Shown here: piece after piece, positions 36,457 to 44,963 of the stretch | Position numbering within the stretch: the stretch's first letter is position 1 | How the letters are laid out: each line of letters opens with the position of its first letter | Source of the DNA: an uncultured Bacteroidia bacterium | Lineage (GTDB): Bacteria > Bacteroidota > Bacteroidia > Bacteroidales > UBA932 | Assembly (NCBI GenBank): GCA_902789445.1 | Contig: CADAOB010000022.1 | Coordinates: 26 to 64,025, forward strand | Direction: 5' to 3' | Length of the DNA: 64,000 nt | Notes under the pieces: model-generated | Databases searched by the model: none | What the model saw: the letters and a program-made list of their open reading frames with translations, nothing else | Told to the model about the DNA's origin: nothing | Translations under genes and position numbers: made by a program

Positions 36457-38610
36457 ATGAAAAAGTTATTTGTGATCATCAGTGCACTTTTCGCACTTGC
36501 AGCTTGTGACGGCATCAATGCCGTGGATGAGACCGGCGTCCTCGAAGAAGGAACGAAGGAATTCAAGATTGCTTTGACCGTCAACCGGACCGATGCCTTT
36601 GACAAAGGTCCCGGCACCAAGGCGACAATCAAAGACGCGTGGGCCGACGGCGATGTGGTATTCGTGTTCTTCAACGGCGTCGCCGCCCCGAAGTACCTCG
36701 AACTGAAATACGACGGCACCACCCGGAACTGGACGCCGACCCCGAAGAATGAACTTTCGGTCGACGACCTGGGCGATTCCGGCACGATGGCGGCGGTTTA
36801 TCTGCCGTATGGCAGCCAGACCACTATTTCTTCATCGAAAGGAATATTCGAATTCGACCCTTGGTATGAGGGCATTCTCTTTCTGTCCGAAGACGTTGAT
36901 TATTCTTACGGCGCGGAGGGGCTCAGCGGTACGCTCGACTTGAAAGCGCCCACCGATGACCTCGTGTTGTCTGATGGTGAGCGATACATCCACTTCGACA
37001 TCTCCGGTTTCGACGACACGCATGTATATACGCTCTTTCAAGACTATGTGAGACCGATTGTCACCACTGGCTTATTCTCAGGTAAAGCACGAATCCAAAC
37101 AGCCGATTGGGGAGAAGCCATCACTGGATACGTCGATCCGGAAAATAAAATCGTCAGCTTCTCCGGTATCCTGAAAGCGGAAGCCGTGGGGTCCGCCGTG
37201 GATTACCAGTTCTCCATCAAAGACGAAACCGCCGGCGTGATTTATACGCGGGATGCCGGCATCAGGACGGTCAGCGATTCCAAGTACATCGGTATCGGCA
37301 ATATCAGCGACGAGACCGTCTGGCAGGCCACGGCAGTAGCCCCCACCATTGCCTATGTGGAGATGGGCGATGGCTTGAAGTGGGCCACGATGAACATTGG
37401 TGCCAACAGTCCTGAAGAGTATGGCGACTACTTCGCCTGGGCTGAGATCGAGACGAAGACTGTTTTCAGCTGGGCCACCTACAAGTACATGCAGGAAGGC
37501 CAATCCAGTTGGCAATACGTTACCAAATACAACGATGCTGACGGTAAGACATCCCTGAGGGATTACGAGTATTCCGATGATGTTGCCCGCCAGAAGTGGG
37601 GCGACGGCTGGCGTTTGCCTACTGACGAGGAGTGGACTAAACTTCGAAATTGGGGCAACTTCACCTGGGAATGGACGGATGATTACAATGGAACCGGCGT
37701 AGCCGGCACAGTTATTACCTCCAAAATATCCGGTTATGAGGGCAACTCCATCTTCCTTCCCGCCGCTGGCTACAAGATTAATACGGAATCCAAAGAGGTT
37801 GGCTCACACGGGTACTACTGGTCTTCGACCATCTATGTCTCGTATATGTCGTATAACCTTGATTTCTACAACGCACAACGATCAAGGGTAAGCAACTACC
37901 GCTACTACGGAATGCCCGTCCGCGCTGTCATCTGTGACAACGATCCGGAAATTACTTCCATCAATGGCCACGAATATGTGGATTTGGGCAATGGTTTGAA
38001 GTGGGCCACGACGAATGTCGGTGCAAACAGCCCCGAGAAGCCCGGCAGTTACTATGCCTGGGGCGAGATTGCTCCGAAGAATGAATACTATTGGACGAAT
38101 TACGTACACCGGGATCCATCCTATAGTGAAAACAATGGGTTGAGTCTCACCAAGTACACGTTTGCTGATAACGTAAAAGAGGGTAGTTGGTATGAGGGAG
38201 ATACGTTCATAGGAGACGGCAAGACAACGCTGGATTTAGCTGATGACGTAGCCCGACAAAATTGGGGTGGAACTTGGCGTATGCCCACGGCCGCGGAATT
38301 CGGTTGGCTGGTGTCCAATTGTACCTGGACCTGGTCATCTGATTACAGTGAAACAGGCGTCGCCGGTATGGTCGTGACTGGTACGAATGGAAAAAGCATC
38401 TTCCTTCCCGCTGCAGGCCGAATGGAGGCAAATGATACATGGGAAGATAGCAAAGGCCTTTACTGGTCTTCCTCCCTCGGCAATTTCAGGTCGCTGGCGG
38501 CACCGGTGCTGAGTTTTTACTTGTATGATGGATCTATAATAGAAAAAGGAGCTGATCAATTCTACTATGACCGTTACGAAGGCTTACTGATCCGTCCCGT
38601 CTCAGACTGA
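36457..38610 (+). CDS. Surface lipoprotein with two tandem FISUMP/DUF1566-like modules
   Basis: The signal is MKKLFVIISALFALAAC. The modules start at about 37351 and 37962. Both carry G(D/N)GLKWAT(M/T)N(I/V)GANSPE, WG(D/G)(G/T)WR(L/M)PT, SIFLPAAG and YWSS. Confidence 0.85.
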   Translation: MKKLFVIISALFALAACDGINAVDETGVLEEGTKEFKIALTVNRTDAFDKGPGTKATIKDAWADGDVVFVFFNGVAAPKYLELKYDGTTRNWTPTPKNELSVDDLGDSGTMAAVYLPYGSQTTISSSKGIFEFDPWYEGILFLSEDVDYSYGAEGLSGTLDLKAPTDDLVLSDGERYIHFDISGFDDTHVYTLFQDYVRPIVTTGLFSGKARIQTADWGEAITGYVDPENKIVSFSGILKAEAVGSAVDYQFSIKDETAGVIYTRDAGIRTVSDSKYIGIGNISDETVWQATAVAPTIAYVEMGDGLKWATMNIGANSPEEYGDYFAWAEIETKTVFSWATYKYMQEGQSSWQYVTKYNDADGKTSLRDYEYSDDVARQKWGDGWRLPTDEEWTKLRNWGNFTWEWTDDYNGTGVAGTVITSKISGYEGNSIFLPAAGYKINTESKEVGSHGYYWSSTIYVSYMSYNLDFYNAQRSRVSNYRYYGMPVRAVICDNDPEITSINGHEYVDLGNGLKWATTNVGANSPEKPGSYYAWGEIAPKNEYYWTNYVHRDPSYSENNGLSLTKYTFADNVKEGSWYEGDTFIGDGKTTLDLADDVARQNWGGTWRMPTAAEFGWLVSNCTWTWSSDYSETGVAGMVVTGTNGKSIFLPAAGRMEANDTWEDSKGLYWSSSLGNFRSLAAPVLSFYLYDGSIIEKGADQFYYDRYEGLLIRPVSD

Positions 38611-38660
38611 TTGAATAATGGACGATTGGCGTGAAAACCAAAATCATTTACATCCCGTCA

Positions 38661-38691
38661 TCCCGTCACTAACGGGTGACGGGATTTTTTT
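38661..38691 (+). terminator. Rho-independent terminator
   Basis: TCCCGTCAC-taacgg-GTGACGGGA is followed by a T7 run. Confidence 0.8.
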
Positions 38692-38712
38692 AGACATCTG
38701 TCTATAATTCGT

Positions 38713-38720
38713 TATCTTTG
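38713..38720 (+). promoter_or_regulatory. -7 box TATCTTTG
   Basis: It matches TAnnTTTG and lies 24 nt upstream of ATG 38744. Confidence 0.55.
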
Positions 38721-38743
38721 TCGAAGATCTCAAGAATACGACT

Positions 38744-41471
38744 ATGCGAACCATCACCCGATTCCTGACATTAGCCTTTCTGATGCTGGTAGCGAGCTGC
38801 GGAGAGGAGCCCACGCCTGCACCGAAGCCAACGCCTACGCCGACTCCCCCGACACCGGCTGAGGTTGCGGTCTCGTCGGTTTCGCTGAACCAAAGTACCG
38901 CCGAACTCATGATCGGCGAGACCGTCACCCTGTCGGCTACGGTCTCGCCCAGCAATGCAACGAACAAGAGCGTATCCTGGACCAGCTCGGATGCCAATGT
39001 CGTTTCCGTCAGTGCCGGCACGGTGAAAGGCATCGGGATCGGCACGGCCACCGTCACGGCTTCAGCCGGCGGCAAGAGCGCAAGCTGCGCCGTCACAGTG
39101 GTCAAGGGCGGCCTCCCCGAAGGCGAACTGCCGCCGAGCCATGAGATCTGGTACACGACCCAAGACAACAAGCCGCTTTCCCTGGTAAACAACCAGGGCT
39201 CCTGCACGCTCGCATCCAACACCTACAGCAAGGGGATGGGCGTCCTCCGTTTCAGCGGCCCGCTGACCAGCCTCGATGTCATTTCGTCTGACCCGCAGCA
39301 ATGCGCCCGCCTGACCGGCCTCCTGATCCCGGATTGCGTGGAAACGATCGGCAACCATTTTTTCTGGGATGCGACCGGCATCAAGGAATTCCGGATTCCC
39401 GCCTCCCTGAAACGCACGAATGCGTTCATTTCTCCCCACAAACTGGCGCTGGAACGCCTGACCGGGCATCATGTCTCGGCGGACGGACGCTGCGTCATCC
39501 TCGACGGCGCGCTGGTGGCATTCGCCCCGGCGGGGCTTTCTTCCTATGAGATTCCGTCGGGCGTCGTACGGATTGCAGAGGAGGCTTTTACTTTGACGCA
39601 AGAACTGAAAACCGTGGTCATCCCCGAAGGCGTGACCGACCTGGAACGCGGTGCTTTCAGTGAATCGAGCCTCGAATCGGTTACCATTCCTGCTTCCGTG
39701 AAGGCGATGGATCACCACGCCTTCGTCAGTTGCAAGAACTTGAAGAATCTGTTGGGGGACAGCCATTACATCTCAAGCGACCGCAAGTTCCTCTTCGATG
39801 CCAATTCCATGATTCCGATGCTCTTGTTCCATTTTGCGGGCCGGGACGATGAATCCTACGAGATCCCGGAGGGAATCCAGGGCATCGAGAATTATGCCTT
39901 CTATGGCTGCGAAAATCCAGATGGAAGCCGTCTATGGCAGTCATACGACGTCGGATCACAAGGGCTTTGTGATGGACGGCACGCTGCGATACCTGGTTCC
40001 TGCCATTGACGCGGATTATGTGGTGCCCGGCGAAGTAACCGCCTTGGGCGACCAACTCTTTCAAAGCAGGCCGACGCTTCGTTCCGTCACGATGGGGGAC
40101 CAGGTGACCTCCATCGGCGATTATGCCTTTTCATTCAGCCCGGCACTCAAGACCGTGACCCTGTCGGCCAACCTGGCTTCCATCGGCTCGAATCCTTTCC
40201 AGTACTCCCAGGAATTGGAATCGGTTTATTGCCGGGGTATTCTCCCGCCGGCCTGCCGTGTGATCGAAGACACCGCGAATCCCAAACTGACCATCTACGT
40301 TCCTTCCCAGGCCCTCCGCTTTTATACCGAAGACACCCAGTGGGAGAAGTATTGGAACGTCATGAAGCCCTTTGACTACACCGATCTGCCGAAGCCGGAC
40401 TTCTATCTGTCCACCGATTATTCCCGGGAAGGCGAGGTGACGGTCTATCAGAAAGCGTCCAAAGGGAATGGAATCGACATCGTTTTCATGGGTGACGCCT
40501 ACTCGGACCGCCAGGTTGCAGACGGCACCTATCTGCGCGACATGACAGCCTGTGCCGAGCAGTATTTCGCCATCGAGCCGTACAAATCGTTCCGGGAGCT
40601 GTTCAACATTTATTTTGTCACCACCGTATCCGCAACGGAAGGTTACGAGCGGGGTGGCCGCAGTCTCGGGACTTACATGGGCAACGGCACTTTCATCGGC
40701 GGGAACAATGCGAAATGTTTCAAACTGGCCCGCGAGGCTGTCGGAAGCGACACACGGATGGACGAAGTCCTGGTGGTCGTTTGCGGAAACCAGGATCTGT
40801 CCGGCACGGTCCGCGTTTGCGGTACCTGCCACTTCTTCGAGCCGGAAAGCTGGACGGGCCGTGACTACGCCTGCGGACCGGCCGTGACGTATTTCACGAA
40901 AACCGATGCTTCCTTCAAGGAAACCGGCAAGGTGCTCCGGCATGAATCCGGCGGGCACGGATTCGCCAAGCTGGCCGATGAATACCACTATTCCGGGAGC
41001 GTCTCGATGGGCGACCAGGAGCTGATCCGGAACCATTCTGCGCATCTGTGGTATTCCAATGTGGACATCACCTCCGATCCCGTCCAGGTGAAATGGGCGA
41101 AGTTCCTCTCCGACGACCGCTACAAGAATGAGGTCGGCCTGTACGAAGGCGGCTTTACCTACCAGTATGGTGTCTGGCGTCCTTCGGAAAACAGCATCAT
41201 GAACGACAACCAGGGCGGCTTCAACGCGCCTTCGCGCTACACCATCTGGTATCGGATCCACAAACTGGCATACGGCAGCAGCTGGAACGGCACGTACGAA
41301 GATTTCGTGGCGTATGATGCCGTCAACCGCACGACGGCGGCGCCGACGGCCGCGGCGGCTGCGTCGCGCCCCGGTCCCTGGCGCTCCGCCCGGGTGCGCG
41401 CCCCGCGGCCGCACCATCCGCCGGTAATCACCGGTGAGACCTGGCGGCAAGCTATCCGCTCCGCGCAGTAG
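38744..41471 (+). pseudogene. Surface protein with a Big_2 domain, BspA-type leucine-rich repeats and an M64 (IgA-peptidase-like) domain, split by a 1-nt frameshift
   Basis: The lipoprotein signal is LMLVASC. The Big_2 domain reads VSSVSLNQSTAELMIGETVTLSATVSP...VTV. LRRs such as IAEEAFTLTQELKTVVIPEGV continue across the frame change near 39911-39917. The M64-like part has GIDIVFMGDAYSD and HESGGHGFAKLADEY. Confidence 0.8.
39911..39917 (+). other. Frameshift site at the A4 run gaaaatc
   Basis: Frame 2 reads ...ENYAFYGCEN. Frame 0 continues the repeat logic with (K)IQMEAVYGSHTTSDHKGFVMDGTL. Removing one A restores a single ORF. Confidence 0.75.
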
Positions 41472-41537
41472 CGGCCGCCCCGCACAGTAGCGGCTGCCCC
41501 GCTGGCGCCCGCTCCTGCTCAGTGGCTTCTGCCCGCC

Positions 41538-41659
41538 TTTTGGCGCTGCAATGTACACATCAGTCATTCAGCGACTTACTGAAACTGACCCCCTCAAAAA
41601 ATGAGGGGGTCAACTTCTGTAAACGTCTGAGTATCAATTGTGTCCGTTGCAGCGCAAAA
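41538..41659. repeat. Copy C of the roughly 120-bp palindromic MITE-like element, in inverted orientation relative to A and B
   Basis: The sequence runs TTTGGCGCTGCAATGTACACA...TGACCCCCTCAAAAAATGAGGGGGTCA...TGTGTCCGTTGCAGCGCAAAA. Its left arm matches the reverse complement of copy B's right arm. Confidence 0.85.
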
Positions 41660-41778
41660 TGGCGGGAAGCAGACGCGGCGGGCGCGCCCGCCGCAGCGCC
41701 AGAAGGGCGCGGCAGAAGCTCCGCCCGCCGCAGCACCAAAAGCTGACGGGCGTGGGGTCGGTTGCAGCGAAGATTCGT

Positions 41779-41786
41779 TATCTTTG
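41779..41786 (+). promoter_or_regulatory. -7 box TATCTTTG
   Basis: It matches TAnnTTTG and lies 32 nt upstream of ATG 41818. Confidence 0.55.
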
Positions 41787-41817
41787 TCGTCGGATAGGAC
41801 CATCCTCATTTTTGACT

Positions 41818-42600
41818 ATGTACGCATCTTCGCAAGATCCGATCTACGGCCGTACGGCCCTGCTGATGGGAAATGACGTCATGGACGCCCTCGGACGGGC
41901 GCGCGTCATCCTCTTCGGCGTGGGCGGTGTCGGCAGCTGGTGCGCCGAGGGACTCGTGCGCTCCGGCGTCACGCACATTACCCTCGTCGATTCCGACTGC
42001 GTGAGCGAGAGCAATATCAACCGCCAGCTGATGGCCACCACCCGTACGGTCGGGCAGGTGAAAGTAGAGGTGCTGCGCGACCGGCTGCTGGAGATCAATC
42101 CGAAGGCCGAGATCACGGCGCTGCGACAGGTTTACAGCGCTGAGACGGCCGATTCGTTCGAGTTGGAAAGCTACGACTATATCATCGATGCCATCGACAG
42201 CCTCAAGGAGAAATCCGACCTCATCCTGCGGGGCACCCGCACGCCGGCCGTGTTCTTCTCTTCGATGGGCGCCGCCCTGAAAGTCAATCCGCAGGGCGTG
42301 AAGGTGGCCGAGTTCTGGAATGTGCGCGGCTGTCCGCTGGGTGCCGCCATCCGCAAGAAATTCAAACAGAACCATACCTATCCCGGCCATAAGTTCCGCT
42401 GCGTGTACGATGAGGAGGTGCTGCCGAACCGGGGCGGTGCCCTGGCCGCCGACGCTTCCAACAGTGAATGGGACGGCCGCAAGGCCCAGATCAACGGGAC
42501 CACGGCCCATATCACCGCCATCTTCGGGATGACGCTCTGCGGCCTGGTGATCGAAGACATCTACAAGAAAACCCTGCAGCAAGGCGCCCGGCCGGAATGA
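41818..42600 (+). CDS. tcdA: tRNA threonylcarbamoyladenosine dehydratase (ThiF/E1-like)
   Basis: ILFGVGGVGSWCAEGLVRSGVTHITLVDSDCVSESNINRQ is the Rossmann/E1 motif. The start is set downstream of the promoter box. Confidence 0.85.
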   Translation: MYASSQDPIYGRTALLMGNDVMDALGRARVILFGVGGVGSWCAEGLVRSGVTHITLVDSDCVSESNINRQLMATTRTVGQVKVEVLRDRLLEINPKAEITALRQVYSAETADSFELESYDYIIDAIDSLKEKSDLILRGTRTPAVFFSSMGAALKVNPQGVKVAEFWNVRGCPLGAAIRKKFKQNHTYPGHKFRCVYDEEVLPNRGGALAADASNSEWDGRKAQINGTTAHITAIFGMTLCGLVIEDIYKKTLQQGARPE

Positions 42601-43952
42601 AGCGCGTCATCTTCCACATCGACGTCAATTCGGCTTTCCTGTCCTGGAGCGCTGTCAAGCAGGTCCGCGAAGGCGGGTCTGACCTCCGCCTTGTGCCCTC
42701 GGTCGTCTCGGGCGACCCGTCCGACCGGCGCAGCATCGTCACCGCCGCATCGATGCCGGCCAAGAAACTGGGCATCAAGACGGCCCAGCCCATCTCGATG
42801 GCGCTGCGCACCTGCCCCGGCCTGGTGATTGTGCGGGGCGACTGGGCCTGGTACAAGAGCTGTTCCGAGCGTTTTACGGCCATCTGCCGGGCATATTCCC
42901 CAGTCCTCCAGAAGTTTTCGATCGACGAATGCTTCCTCGACATGAGCCTGCACCTGGGCCGGCAGGAGCCGGTGGCTGTGGCTACCGAACTCAAGAACCG
43001 CATCCGCAGCGAACTGGGCTTTACCGTCAATGTGGGCATCGGACCGAACAAGCTGCTGGCCAAGATGGCCTCCGATTTCGAGAAACCCGACAAAGTGCAC
43101 ACCCTCTGGACCGAGGAGGTCCCGGCGAAAATGTGGCCGCTGGGCGTGCGCGACCTGCTCTGGGTGGGCAAGCGCACCGAAGAGCGCCTCGTGGCCTATG
43201 GCATCAACACCATCGGCGACCTGGCACGCATCCAGACCGGTGCACTGGCCCGGCTGGTGGGCATCCGTGCCGCCCAGCAGCTGCACGCCTCGGCCAACGG
43301 CGTGGACGACAGCCCCGTCGAAACGGATTTCCAGGAAGCGAAGAGCTATAGTGCGGAGCGGACCTTTGCGCAGGACATTACCACGCCAAAGGAACTGGAC
43401 CGGGCAATGTTCAACGTGGCGTGCATCGTGGCCCACCGTATCCGGCGCGACCGTTTCAAGGCAGGCTGTGTTTCGATTTTCATCAAATACCGCGATTTCT
43501 CGGTCGCCCAGCGGCAGAGCCAGCTGCCCCGGCCGACCGACGTGACGGCCCTCATCCTGAATGAAGCGCGACGGCTGGTCGCGACCCTCTGGGACGGTGT
43601 CACGCCGCTCCGGCAAGTCGGTCTCGGCGTGTCGAAGCTCACCCACGAGACGGATCTGCAACTCTCGCTCTTCGAAGACCCGAACCTGGAATACTACCGG
43701 CAGTGGGACAGGGAATACGATGAGCGGATGGCTGCCGCCCGGGATGCCGCGGCAAGGCCTGCTGCCGATCCCGATGCGCTGGTCTTTCACTATCCTACGG
43801 GAGAAGAAGCCCTCGCCGCGATCAAACAAGCCGTCCGCGAGCATCGCAACTGCACGTTCGCCCGCCGGATCCTCCCCGACGGGACCGACTGCTTCGAACT
43901 GTTCGAGGGAGGGAAAGTCATCGAGCGCCACATCGTGAAAAAAACGCCATAG
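42597..43952 (+). CDS. dinB: Y-family DNA polymerase IV with a C-terminal extension
   Basis: MKRVIFHIDVNSAFLSWS begins the protein, and SIDECFLDMS is present. The start overlaps the tcdA stop as ATGA. About 92 extra residues follow QLSLF. Confidence 0.9.
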   Translation: MKRVIFHIDVNSAFLSWSAVKQVREGGSDLRLVPSVVSGDPSDRRSIVTAASMPAKKLGIKTAQPISMALRTCPGLVIVRGDWAWYKSCSERFTAICRAYSPVLQKFSIDECFLDMSLHLGRQEPVAVATELKNRIRSELGFTVNVGIGPNKLLAKMASDFEKPDKVHTLWTEEVPAKMWPLGVRDLLWVGKRTEERLVAYGINTIGDLARIQTGALARLVGIRAAQQLHASANGVDDSPVETDFQEAKSYSAERTFAQDITTPKELDRAMFNVACIVAHRIRRDRFKAGCVSIFIKYRDFSVAQRQSQLPRPTDVTALILNEARRLVATLWDGVTPLRQVGLGVSKLTHETDLQLSLFEDPNLEYYRQWDREYDERMAAARDAAARPAADPDALVFHYPTGEEALAAIKQAVREHRNCTFARRILPDGTDCFELFEGGKVIERHIVKKTP

Positions 43953-44001
43953 CAGACGCAACATTTCCGGACAAGCTGCATCTTATAGGAAAAACAAGAA
44001 T

Positions 44002-44562
44002 ATGAAACGTCACCTCTTTCTTTTTGTATTCAGTCTCGTCCTGCTGCTTTCAGCCGGATGCAACCGTATGGATTCCTTCGACCCGGACTATCCCATCGTG
44101 GACTGGTATCCGGTCAATCTGATTGTCACCGTCCAGGACAGCCAGGGGAATGACCTGCTCGATCCGGAACACGCAAACAATTATTTCGAGGGTGCGACCC
44201 TGGTCTTCCGCGGCAAGCAATACGACGTACAGGGGATCGAGGACGATCCCTACGCGGCTGTCAGTACCAAATACTATATGCCGCGCATGCGTGGGCTGAG
44301 GCTGGCCCATGATACGCTCTACTTCTCCAAAGACCAGAAGGAACTGTGTCATTTCCTGGTGTTTGGCGAGCTCGACGGGGCGGAGGATATGGACGAGGAC
44401 ATTGAACTCCAATGGCGGGATGGCACGCGCGAGATCATCCATTACCATTGCTCGGACCACAAGATTGAGAAGAAGTCGGGCGGGGAGTGGGAGATCACCT
44501 GCAAGCGGGAGTGGATGCTCAATGGCGAAGTGGCCAGCAATCCCTTCCGGCTGGTCAAATAG
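44002..44562 (+). CDS. Hypothetical lipoprotein
   Basis: The signal is MKRHLFLFVFSLVLLLSAGC. I recognised no family. Confidence 0.7.
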   Translation: MKRHLFLFVFSLVLLLSAGCNRMDSFDPDYPIVDWYPVNLIVTVQDSQGNDLLDPEHANNYFEGATLVFRGKQYDVQGIEDDPYAAVSTKYYMPRMRGLRLAHDTLYFSKDQKELCHFLVFGELDGAEDMDEDIELQWRDGTREIIHYHCSDHKIEKKSGGEWEITCKREWMLNGEVASNPFRLVK

Positions 44563-44624
44563 CCTTCTGCAAAAAAATCCGCGAAAAAAAACCAAGTTTT
44601 TGTTGCAAACCCAAATACTTTTTC

Positions 44625-44632
44625 TACCTTTG
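44625..44632 (+). promoter_or_regulatory. -7 box TACCTTTG upstream of the tRNA pair
   Basis: It matches TAnnTTTG, and TTTTTGTTG lies about 20 bp upstream as a possible -33 element. It is about 40 nt before tRNA-Gln. Confidence 0.55.
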
Positions 44633-44642
44633 CAGTCCCAAT

Positions 44643-44665
44643 CGAGGGGTCTGGGGCAGCGCCCC
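44643..44665 (+). repeat. 23-nt pre-tRNA leader motif, copy 1
   Basis: CGAGGGGTCTGGGGCAGCGCCCC contains a small hairpin (GGGGC-agc-GCCCC). It ends 5 nt before tRNA-Gln. Confidence 0.8.
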
Positions 44666-44670
44666 GAAAC

Positions 44671-44741
44671 TGAGGTATGGTGTAATGGCAGCACAAGAGA
44701 TTCTGGTCCTCTTAGTGGCGGTTCGAATCCGTCTACCTCAA
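44671..44741 (+). tRNA. tRNA-Gln (anticodon CTG)
   Basis: Manual fold gives acceptor TGAGGTA/TACCTCA with a U1-A72 pair as in bacterial tRNA-Gln. The anticodon loop is TTCTGGT (CTG at 44703-44705), and the T-loop GGTTCGAATCC is present. Confidence 0.85.
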
Positions 44742-44812
44742 CAAATTATCAAGCGGCATCAGCCGCTAGCGGAGGCCGGGCAGGGTTAGCCTGCGGAATA
44801 GCAAGGCCGGAG

Positions 44813-44835
44813 CGAGGGGTCTGGGGCAATGCCCC
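44813..44835 (+). repeat. 23-nt pre-tRNA leader motif, copy 2
   Basis: CGAGGGGTCTGGGGCAATGCCCC ends 10 nt before the second tRNA. Confidence 0.8.
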
Positions 44836-44845
44836 AGTATAATAA

Positions 44846-44919
44846 GGCGGGATAGCTCAGCTGGTTAGAGCGCATGATTCATAATCATGAGGTCCCCAGT
44901 TCAATCCTGGGTCCCGCTA
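44846..44919 (+). tRNA. tRNA with anticodon CAT (Met, or possibly an Ile2/lysidine type)
   Basis: Manual fold gives GGCGGGA-TA-GCTCAGCTGGTTAGAGC, anticodon arm CATGA-TTCATAA-TCATG (CAT at 44880-44882) and T-arm CCCAG-TTCAATC-CTGGG. Confidence 0.85.
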
Positions 44920-44930
44920 CCTGAAAATGA

Positions 44931-44956
44931 GAGACTTACGAAAGTGAGTCTCTTTT
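44931..44956 (+). terminator. Hairpin terminator after the tRNA pair
   Basis: GAGACTTAC-gaaa-GTGAGTCTC is followed by TTTT. Confidence 0.6.
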
Positions 44957-44963
44957 GTGTTTA

